Assembly: GCF_009914755.1 (NCBI RefSeq)
Contig: NC_060930.1
DNA: 64,000 nt
Direction: 5' to 3' (one strand)
DNA from: the human T2T-CHM13v2.0 reference genome, Homo sapiens
A program made the translations under genes and the position numbers. Under the pieces are notes generated by a model. The model saw only the letters and a program-made list of their open reading frames with translations. It ran no database searches and was not told the DNA's origin. Positions 1 through 11,196 of the stretch are shown piece after piece. Position 1 is the first letter of the stretch; every line of letters starts with the position of its first letter.

Positions 1-447
1 AGCTTAAGACCAATATATCTAACTGCGTCTGGTCCTCTCCACCTCTGAAAAGCAGTAGATTCCAGATAGGACTGATGGTCTTCCCCAAAACTGCCCCTCT
101 TTCTGAATTCCTTATCTCGGCTAAAGCCACCTGTCATCACTCAAGTCAGAAATCTGGGATTGTGCTTGACTTTCTCCTGCCCCATCATATTCAACTGAGC
201 ACAACAATTCCTGCTAACATTCTCTCAGATCCTCCCCAGCATCCCAGCCTCACTGCTACTCTATCAGTATCTGTATCTCCATTTCACATCAGAACTCGCA
301 GTCAGCTCCTATTCTAGTCTCCTTGCCTCACCTTTCTTTATCTTCTCTACCTTCCATGTGCTCTAACTGCATGACTCCTCAACAGTCACCCTCTGCCTAT
401 GCAGGCAAGTCCAGTTTCTTGGAGCGGCATGCAAGGCCTCCTCGTGA

Positions 448-514
448 CCTGGACCTATGGATCCTTCAAGAGCCATTCCCTCCTGGACCTACAGATCCTT
501 CAAGAGTCATTCCC
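448..514. repeat. 34-bp-period tandem duplication (2 copies)
   Basis: CCTGGACCTATGGATCCTTCAAGAGCCATTCCC (448-480) and CCTGGACCTACAGATCCTTCAAGAGTCATTCCC (482-514). Confidence 0.9.
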
Positions 515-1670
515 AGCTGTCCTCTGTCTCTTCCACTTCTGGCTGTCTTCAAGCACACATGTTATGCTAAGATCTTGCCCCCTATATGCTAGACAGCAAA
601 GCATGCTTATTTTGTTAGTCTTAACAGTGTATGCTTGATTTCCTGAGAGTTAAGAAGGGAGCAACTTCAGGAAGGACACACGTGGACTGTAGAACAATGC
701 AGTGAAGGAGGGGGCACCTGTCCAGACAGCCAAACCACCTAAGTCAGCCTTGCCCACCTGTGAGTAAGAGCTAAGCCATCTACATTCAAAATGGCATCCT
801 CTTTCACTCTTTCTTTCTTTGCGCAGTGTGTTACCCCCTGCCTTGATCTCGGACCCTCGTTCCCACTCTTGGCTGTTGCTAAACTCCTACCCGACCATCA
901 TTCAAGACTCAACTGTTACCTCTTCAGCAAAAATTATTTGATGCCTCCCCTCCTCACCCCGGAAACAGCATCCACGCCCCCCCTGCTATATTATAATTAT
1001 TTTCACATGTCTGTGTTTCTGGTAGATCCCTGACCCTCCAAAGATTCCAGACCACAAGTACTAGGAGAACATTCCTGTAACTCTTTATGCCAGCAAATCT
1101 AGCAAATTCTTTGCAGCTCAAAATTGCAGTGGAGAGATTTTTATTATCTTTAAAAGCCTTTGGCTGCCTTAAACATGGAAAACAGATAAGCTGCGTGTTC
1201 TTGAGAATGAAGGAGTGTGGTCAGCCTAGGGCAAAGAGAGTTTAAAGGAGAGACTGAGAAGGGGGGAAGAGAGGCAGAGAAGATCCTGTATCCCCAGAAA
1301 AAAATTAAAAATAAAAGAAACAGTACTGACCCATGTTGGAATAAGGAAACAAAGACACGTCAGTGCCTGAGATGAAAATGTGGGGTAAGGGTAGATGACT
1401 CCCACTGACGTAGGTTGTGATGGGTCTGAGCAAGCAAGGGACTTGGTAAAAATTGTACAGTTAAGTCTCTGCGTGTGTTTCTTTACTCTCTTGAATTGGT
1501 GAAGTGACGTGGGATGGATCAGTTACAATTCATGCAATGAATCCTCATGAGTCAGTCTTGAAAGGGCAAGCTTGCTGCCTGAATGGGAAAGCCTTTCACA
1601 GATAGAAGTTTTCATTACCCCTACCATGATCTGAGGCCCTAGAGTGGAATCATATAATTAGAAACCTGGA

Positions 1671-1984
1671 GGCCGGGCACGGTGGTGGCTCATGCCTATA
1701 ATCCCAGCACTTGGGAGGCCGAGGCAGGTAGATCACTTGAGGTCAGGAGTTCGAGAACAGCCTGGCCAATATGGCGAAACACCGTCTCTACTAAACATAC
1801 AAAAATTAGCCGGGCTTGGTGGTGGGCACCTGTAATCCTAGCTCCTAGGGAGGCTGAGCCAGGAGAATTGCTTGAACCCAGGAAGTGGAGGTTGCAGTGA
1901 GCTGAGATTGCACCACTCCACTCCAGCCTGGGTGACAGAGCAAGACTCCATCTCAAAAGAAAAAAAAAAAAAGAAAAAAAGAAA
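1671..1984 (+). mobile_element. AluS (Sx/Sz-like), full length
   Basis: GGCCGGGCAC start, dimeric body, A-tail, TSD AGAAAC(C/A)TGGA. Confidence 0.95.
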
Positions 1985-2321
1985 GAAACATGGAATATGT
2001 CTAACAACATTCCTCTCATTTTTCAGGGAAGGAGACAGAAGCTGAAAAGGTGAAGTGATAAGAGTCAGATCTAGAACCTAGTTTCCCCATCTCTAAGCCA
2101 AGGCCACAAAGTTCAGTGTGGATGGATTCTATTTTAGTTTACTCTTCAGTGGTTTATCTTGTTCCCTATCCTAATCTACAACTTGCCTCATGTTCTTTCC
2201 TAAGAAGTGGGGTTCAAATCTTAAGCAAATAATTATTAAATGCTGGACTGATCTGGCTGCCTTTTAAAACAGAGAGCAGAGATAAAGTACTTTAATTACA
2301 AGGATCAAGAATTGCAAAGCT

Positions 2322-2600
2322 CTTGGACAAATGAGCAAAGGCAATTCAATGGAGAAAGGATGGTCTTTTCAACAAATGATGCTGGAAAAATTGGACGTCC
2401 ACAATTAACTTAGGCACAGACCTTAAACCTCTTACAAAAGTTATCTCAAAATGGATCATAGACCATTACATTTTAAACATAAAGTGCAAAACTGAAAATT
2501 CTAGAAGAAAACACGGCAGAAAAATCGATGCGATCTTGGATTTGGTGATGAATCTTTAGATATAATACAACATCAAAAGCACATTCTACGAAAGAATTTC
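2322..2600 (+). mobile_element. Old L1M ORF2 3' fragment
   Basis: GCAAAGGCAATTCAATGGAGAAAGGATGGTCTTTTCAACAAATGATGCTGGAAAAATTGG is typical L1 ORF2 sequence. Confidence 0.8.
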
Positions 2601-2664
2601 AACCTGTGTTGTCCTCCACAATTATATCCACGTGTGTGCACAGACCTACCCTTCAGTCTATGGG

Positions 2665-2880
2665 AACAGTGTAGAGTGGGGAAAGGGCAGAGACTGTCCG
2701 GCCAAGCCAAAAGACTTGGGTTCTAGTCAGAGGCCTGCACCTCGTTAGCTGTGTCCCCTCAGGCAAGTCACTTTTCCAGATTCCAATTTTCTCATAGGTA
2801 AAATGAGTATATAATAATTCTAACCTAGCTCAGGTGGTTCTTAAAAGAGAAAAAGAAAGTAACATACATGAAAATATTTA
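2665..2880 (+). mobile_element. MIR SINE
   Basis: AGACTTGGGTTCTAGTC...GGCAAGTCAC...TTTTCTCATAGGTAAAATGAG core. Confidence 0.7.
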
Positions 2881-2918
2881 CAAGACAATGGTTATAATTT
2901 TGGTATATATAAAAATCA

Positions 2919-3509
<591 letters not shown>

Positions 3510-4229
3510 TCAACAGAAGTGGCAATAACAGCTCATGGGAAGAGGAAGTTGGTAACAGGAGATGCCCAAGAGGGAGCTGCTGCATACATGAGACCTTGGA
3601 GTGGGATCCTGGGACAGGTCTAGGGTCAAGATGTTGAGTCCTTCATACCCTTGATCTTCATTCCAATCTAGCTATGTGTCAAAACATTTATAATAACCCA
3701 CTTTGTTCTCACACGCAATCATTGTTTTCTAAGCAAAAACCTAAAAGAAAGAATTTTTTTCACCCTCTTATATGTCCTTCCAAATCATTACCTTCTCTCT
3801 TTACCTCTATGTGATGTTTGGAGAAGCTAGTAGGCCTATATAGGTAGCCATGAGCAGCATTGCTTTAATGGTAAAGAGATTCTTCTGGAAAAACAAATTT
3901 AGAAAAAAAAATTTCATTTCCCCTAGTGTAGTATATCATCCTAAGGGATTGCCTACAACATGATGTAGAAAAAGAGGCTAAATGGTCTTATCTCAACTGC
4001 TGCATTTGCCTTAGAACTATCCTAATACATGGCTATCTAACACAAAAATACTAAATCCATGTAAAATTGGGATATGCTGTAATATAATAATACCTTAATT
4101 TCATATATTAGATTCCTTCTTCATAGAATTGTATACAATTTTCATGAATTAAAAAACAATGAAGAATAACTTCAATTCTTCCAAAATTGAATAAGATCTT
4201 TTATAAAGGAAAAATCAGAAAGTTTGCAG

Positions 4230-4400
4230 AATTAGATTCTGAGCTCTAACACTTACTGTGTGGCCTCAGGCAAGTTACTTAACCTCTCTGAGCCGTTCTA
4301 AAACTTTCTCTTATAATGATGACACAGTACTACTCAGCCCTGAGAGTCTCCCCTAACACAGTGTCAGGCACATGAGCTATTCAGTATTTGTAAGTTCCTC
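4230..4400 (+). mobile_element. MIR SINE
   Basis: ACTTACTGTGTGGCCTCAGGCAAGTTACTTAACCTCTCTGAGCC core. Confidence 0.75.
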
Positions 4401-4677
4401 CCCTCTAATCATTTCTATCTGTATTCATCCTGCTGCTTCAAGGAGGTAGGTTTTCAGCAAGTCGCATGCTTGCTGAATAGGGACAGGAATGATTAGCATG
4501 TGCCTGCCCTCTTCCAGTATGAAAACAGGGTTAAGAAGAATAGAGGAGCAGGGTGTGTGTGTGTTCACTCCATATGGAGGACAAAGATTTCAAAAATGCA
4601 CAAACATTTCAGGGAGAAGAGATTTTTAAGCCTTCCCAGTGCAGAAGCTATTTTCTGTTTCATTTATTTCTCTTCAG

Positions 4678-4810
4678 AATAAACCTGAAGTTCTGTGCGC
4701 ACCGAAGACATAAATGACATAAATGTTGATGGAAGGAGAAGGATTTGAGGAAGGACGAGAGTCTGAGGAACAAGAAAGGACTGCAGTAGTGAAACAGCAG
4801 AAGAAACGAG
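4678..4810 (+). other. Candidate internal exon (probably lncRNA), 133 nt
   Basis: Polypyrimidine acceptor TTTCATTTATTTCTCTTCAG, purine/GAA-rich body, donor GAG|GTGACG. Confidence 0.45.
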
Positions 4811-5390
4811 GTGACGGCCTCCAGGAAATTAAAAGGGGGCCTTATATCTGTTGATTTTGCTGTTAACACGGTCAGATGGGATACTTGTTTGCTTTTTGAT
4901 CCATTTTCTGATAGTTAACTAAGTGCTGTAGGACTGACATAAATGCTGAGGATGGGACAGAGGGAGGAACTCTACACATGAACTCCCATATTCAGGGCCA
5001 AGTCATCGGGCTACCCTAATAATAGTCTCCTGGTAGAAAACAATTCTGAAAACGAAAGACATAATAACAGAGTGGTACACAGTATGCCATGTGGTATTTA
5101 AGAGACAGACTAAGGTTGAAAACAACATAAAATTTATGTATTTCTTCATGACTTAGAAAAATGTACCTTTTATAATTTATGTTTAACATAATTTCTAGTG
5201 GCTATGCTTCCCTATAAACTAAAGCTGAGATTAATTCAACAGGATGGAGACACCAGTATTTGGGAGTTCATTATGTTCTTTGCAATAATTCAATGAATCA
5301 GAAAATAATAGAATTTTGAAATAAAATCCAATTCCCTCATTTTACCGAAAATGAAACTGAGGCTGTGACGCTTTAAAATATGCCTTTTGA

Positions 5391-5701
5391 GGCTGGGCAT
5401 GGTGGCTCACTCCTATAATCCCAGCACTCTGAGAGGCCTAGGTGGGAGGAGCATGTGAGCCCAAGAGTTCCAGACTGTCCTGAACAACATAGCACAACCT
5501 TGTCTCTATAAAGAAAATTTAAAAAAATAACCGGGCATGGTGGCATGCGTCTATAGTTTCAGCTACTCAAAAAGCTAAGGTGGGAGGATCACTTGAGCCC
5601 AGGAGCTCAAGGCTGCAGTGAGCCATGATCGCGCCACTGCACTCCAGCCTGGGTGACGGAACAAGACACTGTCTCTACAAAAAAATAAAAATAAAATAAA
5701 A
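5391..5701 (+). mobile_element. AluJ, inserted into a MIR
   Basis: GGAGGATCACTTGAGCCCAGGAG...GGCTGCAGTGAGCCATGATC; TSD about TAAAAT(A/G)TG; MIR remnants on both sides. Confidence 0.92.
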
Positions 5702-7900
5702 TGTGTCCTTCATAAGATGACCTAACTTAGGGGCAGAGCTGCCAGCAAAATTTCAGGGCTTCCAACTCACAGTCAAGGAGACTTTATTGAGTTCAGTACA
5801 TAGTAGAATCATTTATATTATCAGAGCATTTCTTTTTTTCAGTATTTATCTTAGGAGTTGTTTCTTTTAAAAATTCCTATTTGTTCTGATGCATATATTT
5901 CTTTTTTTTTACAGATCATTTTTCTCTTATAAAAATTCTGTAAACACAGCCATTCTTTCTGTATTTGTAATTTGAGGACCGACTGGAGTTATTCCTGAGA
6001 GGGCTATGTTCCTGAGAGAACAAAATTATTGTTTTTGAAACTCTAGAGAGAACTGCTCTGGCAAAAGAAATGTATCTTTTCATCTACAGTCATTCTGAGG
6101 TGAAAGATCTCATGATCACTCTGGACTATACAACCCACAAGCAGACTTCAAGGATACCTACAGGAACCCCAGAAGTCCTGATTGATCACACAGGCCCTAA
6201 AGACCCTATCAACTTGTTTATCAACTTGCAATTCTAATTTCCTGAGAGTAAAACACCAGTAAAAAATAATCTCCTCCCTCAATATTCTAGAGAATGCAAA
6301 GAAATACACAGTCACTGTAGACCTGTGAGCTTTTGCCAAGTTTGGTTTTCATTATTATACATATGAAGAGAATCATCTTCGCCAAAATCTATAAAGGGGC
6401 TGATTAACTCAGCTCTGTAGTAATTGTTTCATATTAAATCAGTCCAAAAGTTTAGGGCATGTTTCTCAGGAACTCTTTATCTAGCATCAGGTATGTATCT
6501 AAACAGTATAGTATCTGTTAATTTTGAAGTTATATAAAAAAAGAAAATGTGCATTTTCACACGTCTTAGTAGAAGCTCTTTACAGTTTATATAATCCAAT
6601 GTTGATAGAGTAAAATTTTTTTATTCTTTCCAGTAATCAAAAAGTAGTCAAAATAAACAAAAGTTTCAACTTTTAGAGGTATCATTTTTTAGATTAGATT
6701 GCTTATATGGTTTGATGCTTTCTTAGAAGGTTGAATGATTCTAAAATGCTTTTAAGAAAAACATCAAGAATAAAAAGAATTACTTAAAACCAGGTCAAAT
6801 AAAAAAAGATTATCAGAGATCTCATAAGGCTTGCAATATCATTTCAAGATTTATTTTAAAAGTAAGATTGCACTTTGTTCACTATTCTTCCCCTGCCAAA
6901 AGACACAGAACTTCCTTGTGAAACTGTGTTTAGGATCCATACCATAATATCATCTTTTCCAGGAAACTGAATCATAAAGAGGTCTATAGGGTGATCCTAG
7001 GAATGAAATCCCAAAATTCCGCAGGATGGGGCTAAGGTTTGTATTTTCAACCTGAGAACTTCAGGCTGCTTCTCCTTCAGCAACCTCCTCCTCTTCTCCA
7101 CTGCAGCTCCCCCCAGCCTCCCTGAAGTCCCAGGGAGCTGGGGCCTGTCCTTCCTAACACAAACTTTCTTTCTTCTGGAAGTGCTGGAAAATCTCAGAGA
7201 GACTCACTGTCTCCCACATCCTGTAAATTTACCCAGGAGAGAAGCACTGTGCACACTTTGTGAGGAGGGTCGCGCTCATTGGAGAGACTCGGTGAAAGCA
7301 ACGAGGAGACTGTACAAGCACACACGCAGCCTCTTCACCTCACACTCCACAGCTATTTCTCATGCACTCTGGCCTTAACTTTGCTGACCTTGCCACCGCA
7401 AGGTTTTATATCACTAAATAACAGAGCACGAGGCTGCCATGGTGGACAATCTGCCTGCACTTGCCCCTCCACATCACCAAAGCTCCTTAGATCCCATTCA
7501 TCAAATATTTGCTTTTACACTTAAACACACAATTTATGAAACACAATTTCTGGTTCACCTAACCCTTGCATGACGTGAGTTTTGAAAAACCAGTAAATTT
7601 TCCTGCTGACATTCCTCAAGTTACACGCTTTCCTGGTCCTACAGGCAGTGCAAGTTATCTGCTGCCCTCTTTTGAATTTTAGGGCACACTGCACTCCTAA
7701 ATAGGGCCTATTGCCTGAAGACAGCCTCTTTTCCCTGTCTAGGGGCTGCTTCAACCTTCTGGCTAATCCAGAGCCTACTGGAACAGCACTTTAACTCCCC
7801 TTTTGAGTGCTACTTTCTCTGCTGGTGTTCTTCCAAAGCAAAAGCAAAACCAATTTTATGAAGCAGCAAAAGAAGTATAAAGCATGCTATTACTTGTTCT

Positions 7901-8495
7901 TTTCTTTTTTCCCAGCTTATTGAGGTATAATTGACAAATAAAAATTCCATATATTTAAGGTATACAACTTGATGTTTTCACATATGTATACATTGTAAAA
8001 TGATCATCGCAATCAAGCTAATTAACTTATCCAACACCTGATATCATTACCATTTGTGTGTGTATGTGTGTGCTGACAACACTTAAACGCTCTACCCTCT
8101 TATCAAATTTCAAGTATACTGCACAATATCATTAACTATTGCCACCATGTTGTACACTGGATTTCCAGAACTTATTCATCTTGCGTAACTGAAAATTTGT
8201 ACCCGTTGACCAACATCTCCTTACTCCCCCAGCCTCTCCCCATAACTACCCTTCTAAACCTGCTTTGATGAGTTTTACCTTTTTACATTCCATATATAAG
8301 TGAGGTTATACAGTTTTCTGTTTCTGGTTTATTTCACTTAACATCCTCCAGGTTCATCCATGTTGTCACAAATAGGAGGATTTCCTTCTTTTTTAAGGTC
8401 GAATAATATTCCAGTATGTATATATACACTACATTTTCTTTACCTATTCATCCATTGACAGATGCTTAGGTTGTTTCCATAACTTCGCTATTGTA
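7901..8495 (-). mobile_element. L1MA (MA9/MA10-like) 3' end
   Basis: TTATTGAGGTATAATTGACAAATAAAA...TCCAGGTTCATCCATGTTGTCACAAAT antisense L1 3' UTR. Confidence 0.85.
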
Positions 8496-9052
8496 ATTTC
8501 ATTTCTTATCCGCCTGCCCCCTCTGGGCTGATCTATTAATTCCCCTAAAGTGTCTGCATGTAGTTCTGTTGATAAAGATACTGAAATGAAGAAGTATGCC
8601 AGAATACGATTTGCAAGCCTGTCCAGCTGAAGATAGCCATCCTTCCCAGACAGTAGAGGTTGAGGTTCTCACAGCAGTGACAGGTCACAGGGACATAGGC
8701 AGCCCTTCTAGGAAGTTAAACCTGCTGGGCTGGGCACGGCTCATTAACCCAGGTTTTGTGCAGACCTCCCCAACAACTGCTCTGCTGCAATGGGAGCATT
8801 CTCCAGTAACCATTGGTACCATGGCCCCTCCCTCAACCCCTCCCTCATAACGTCTCCCTGTGCTACCCTGACGTCCCTGGATAATCAACGCTCCTGTTTC
8901 CTAGTGCCTACCAAACACGAGAAAGAACAGGTGAACATGACCCCTAAAAATAAAAAGAAAGAAACTATTGCCAACTTTTCCTCAAAATCATGCGGGGTTT
9001 TTTGGAGGACAAGAAGATAGCAACAATATAGTGCTGAGAAAAATCATAATAT

Positions 9053-10632
9053 TGTGTCTGGAATTGGTGGGTTCTTGGTCTCACTGACTTAAAGAATGAA
9101 GCCGCGGACCCTCACGGTGTTACAGCTGTTAAAGTGGCGCGTCTGGAGTTCGTTCCTTCTGATATTCGGATGTGTTCAGTTTCTTCCTTTTGGTGGGTTC
9201 GTGGTCTCGTTGGCTCAGGAGTGAAGCTGCAGACCTTCGCGGTGTTACAGCTCTTAAGGCGGCGCATCTGGAGTTGTTGGTTCCTCCCAGTAGCCTTGTG
9301 GTCTCGCTGGCTTCAGGAGTGAAGCTGCAGACCTTCACGGTGAGTGTTATAGCTCATAAAAGCAGTGTGGACCCGAAGAGTGAGCAGTAGCAAGATTTAT
9401 TGCAAAGAGCAAAAGAACAAAGTTTACACAGCGTGGAAGAGGACCCCAGAGGGTTTCCACTGCTGACTCGCGCAGCCTGCTTTTATTCTCTTATCTGGCC
9501 CCACCCACATCTTGCTGACTGGTAGAGCCGAGTGGTATGTTTTGAGGGCGCTGACTGGTGAGTGTACAATCCCTGAGCTAGACACAAAGGTTCTCCACGT
9601 CCCCACCAGATTAGCTAGATACAGTGTCCACACAAAGGTTCTCCAAGGCCCCACCAGAGTAGTACAGAGTAGATGCAGAGTGTGGATTGGTGCATTCACA
9701 AACCCTGAGCTAGACACAGGGTGCTGATTGGTGTGTTTACAAACCTTGAGCTAGATACAGAGTGCCGATTGGTGTATTTACAATCCCTGAGCTAGACATA
9801 AAGGTTCTCCAAGGCCCCACCAGAGTAGTACAGAGTAGATACAGAGTGTGGATTGGTGCATTCACAAACCCTGAGCTAGACACAGGGTGCTGATTGGTGT
9901 GTTTACAAACCTTGAGCTAGACACAGAGTGCTGATTGTTGTATTTACGATCCCTGAGCTAGACGTAAAGGTTCTCCACGTCCCCACCAGACTCAGGAGCC
10001 CAGCTGGCTTCACCCAGTGGATCCCGCACCGGGGCTGCAGGCGGAGCTACCTGCCACTCTCACGCCGGCACTCCTCAGCCCTTGGGTGGTGGATGGGACT
10101 GGGTGCCGTGCAGCAGGGGGCGGCGCTCATCGGGAAGGCTCGGGCCGCACAGGAGCCCACGGAGCGGGTGGGAGGCTCAGGCATGGCGGGCTGCAGGTCC
10201 CGAGCCCTGCCCCGCGGGAAGGCAGCTAAGACCCGGCGAGAAGTCGAGCGCAGCACCGGTGGGCTGGCACTGCTGGGGGACCCAGTACACCCTCCTCAGC
10301 CGCTGGCCCGGGTGCTAAGCCCCTCATTGCCCGGGGCCGGCAGGGCCGGCCGGTTGCTCCGAGTGCGGGGCCGCCAAGCCCACGCCCACGCGGAACTCCA
10401 GCTGGCCTGCAAGCCCCGCGCGCAGCCCTGGTTCCCGCTCGCGCCTCTCTCTCCACACCTCCTTGCCAGCTGAGGGAGCCGGCTCCGGCCTTGACCAGCC
10501 CAGAAAGGGGCTCCCACAGTGCAGCGGTGGGCTTAAGGGCTCCTCAAGTGCTGCCAAAGTGGGAGCCCAGGCAGAGGAGGTCCCGAGAGCGAGCGAGGGC
10601 TGTGAGGACTGCCAGCACGCTGTCACCTCTCA
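9053..10632 (-). mobile_element. Solo LTR12C (ERV9 LTR), full length, 1580 bp
   Basis: Minus strand starts TGAGAGGTGACAGCGTGCTGGCAG and ends CCAATTCCAGACACA; 4-bp TSD ATAT/GTAT; GC-rich U3, CCAAT repeat array, U5 tandem repeats. Confidence 0.96.
9440..9990 (-). promoter_or_regulatory. LTR12C enhancer/promoter: NF-Y (CCAAT) array and AATAAAA TATA-like box, firing toward lower coordinates
   Basis: Five intact GATTGG (about 9685, 9726, 9767, 9851, 9892); TTTTATT at 9481-9487; known ERV9 LTR architecture. Confidence 0.7.
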
Positions 10633-11021
10633 GTATGACTGAGTCTAAGAATGTCTTATCAGAAAGTTGATTTCTATTTTTCTATGGCAATCTCTTTGTC
10701 TATCTGTCTCTCACAGGCATCTTTGAGCTCCCCCGACTCCCTATAGATTTTTCAGCTTGATCATAAAACATCATTCCCCTTTGACCTGTCTCTTTGCCAT
10801 AGTAGTCTCATATTGCAAATGGCCATTACCTGGTCATCGAGAGGGAGGAGTGATCTCACTGCAGCTCCAAATAGGGGAAAAAAAATGAATGGCACTGTCC
10901 TTCTCCCAGCAAAACAAATGCTGAAATTGTCGGATGGTCCAATCAGGCCACTAGAAGATTAAAATGCACCAAAAAAATACAGACGCCTTCCCAAACCAGT
11001 GGGCAAATGTCCCTCTGTACA

Positions 11022-11196
11022 CAATGGCCAGCTTCCTGGGTGACAACCTGTGCAATTGAACAATGCCCTGAGCATTGAAGGGCCCACACTTAGTTTAATG
11101 TTCTGCTATCACTGTCTTGAAATTCTTACTAATTTTATTTAACGAGGGGCCTGCCTTTTCGTTTTGCATAAGCCTCAGATTATGTAGCTGGTCCTG
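11022..11196 (+). mobile_element. MER91A-like hAT-Tip100 MITE
   Basis: GAAGGGCCCACACTTAGTTTAATG...GTCTTGAAATTCTT...TTATGTAGCTGGTCCTG end. Confidence 0.75.

Noticed and set aside
9100-9990. Regularly spaced repeats resembling a CRISPR array
   Set aside because: These are LTR12 U3/U5 tandem units with no unique spacers, in eukaryotic DNA without cas genes.
9928-10626. Overlapping 70-181 aa ORFs
   Set aside because: Stop-poor GC-rich LTR12C U3; not gag, pol or env.
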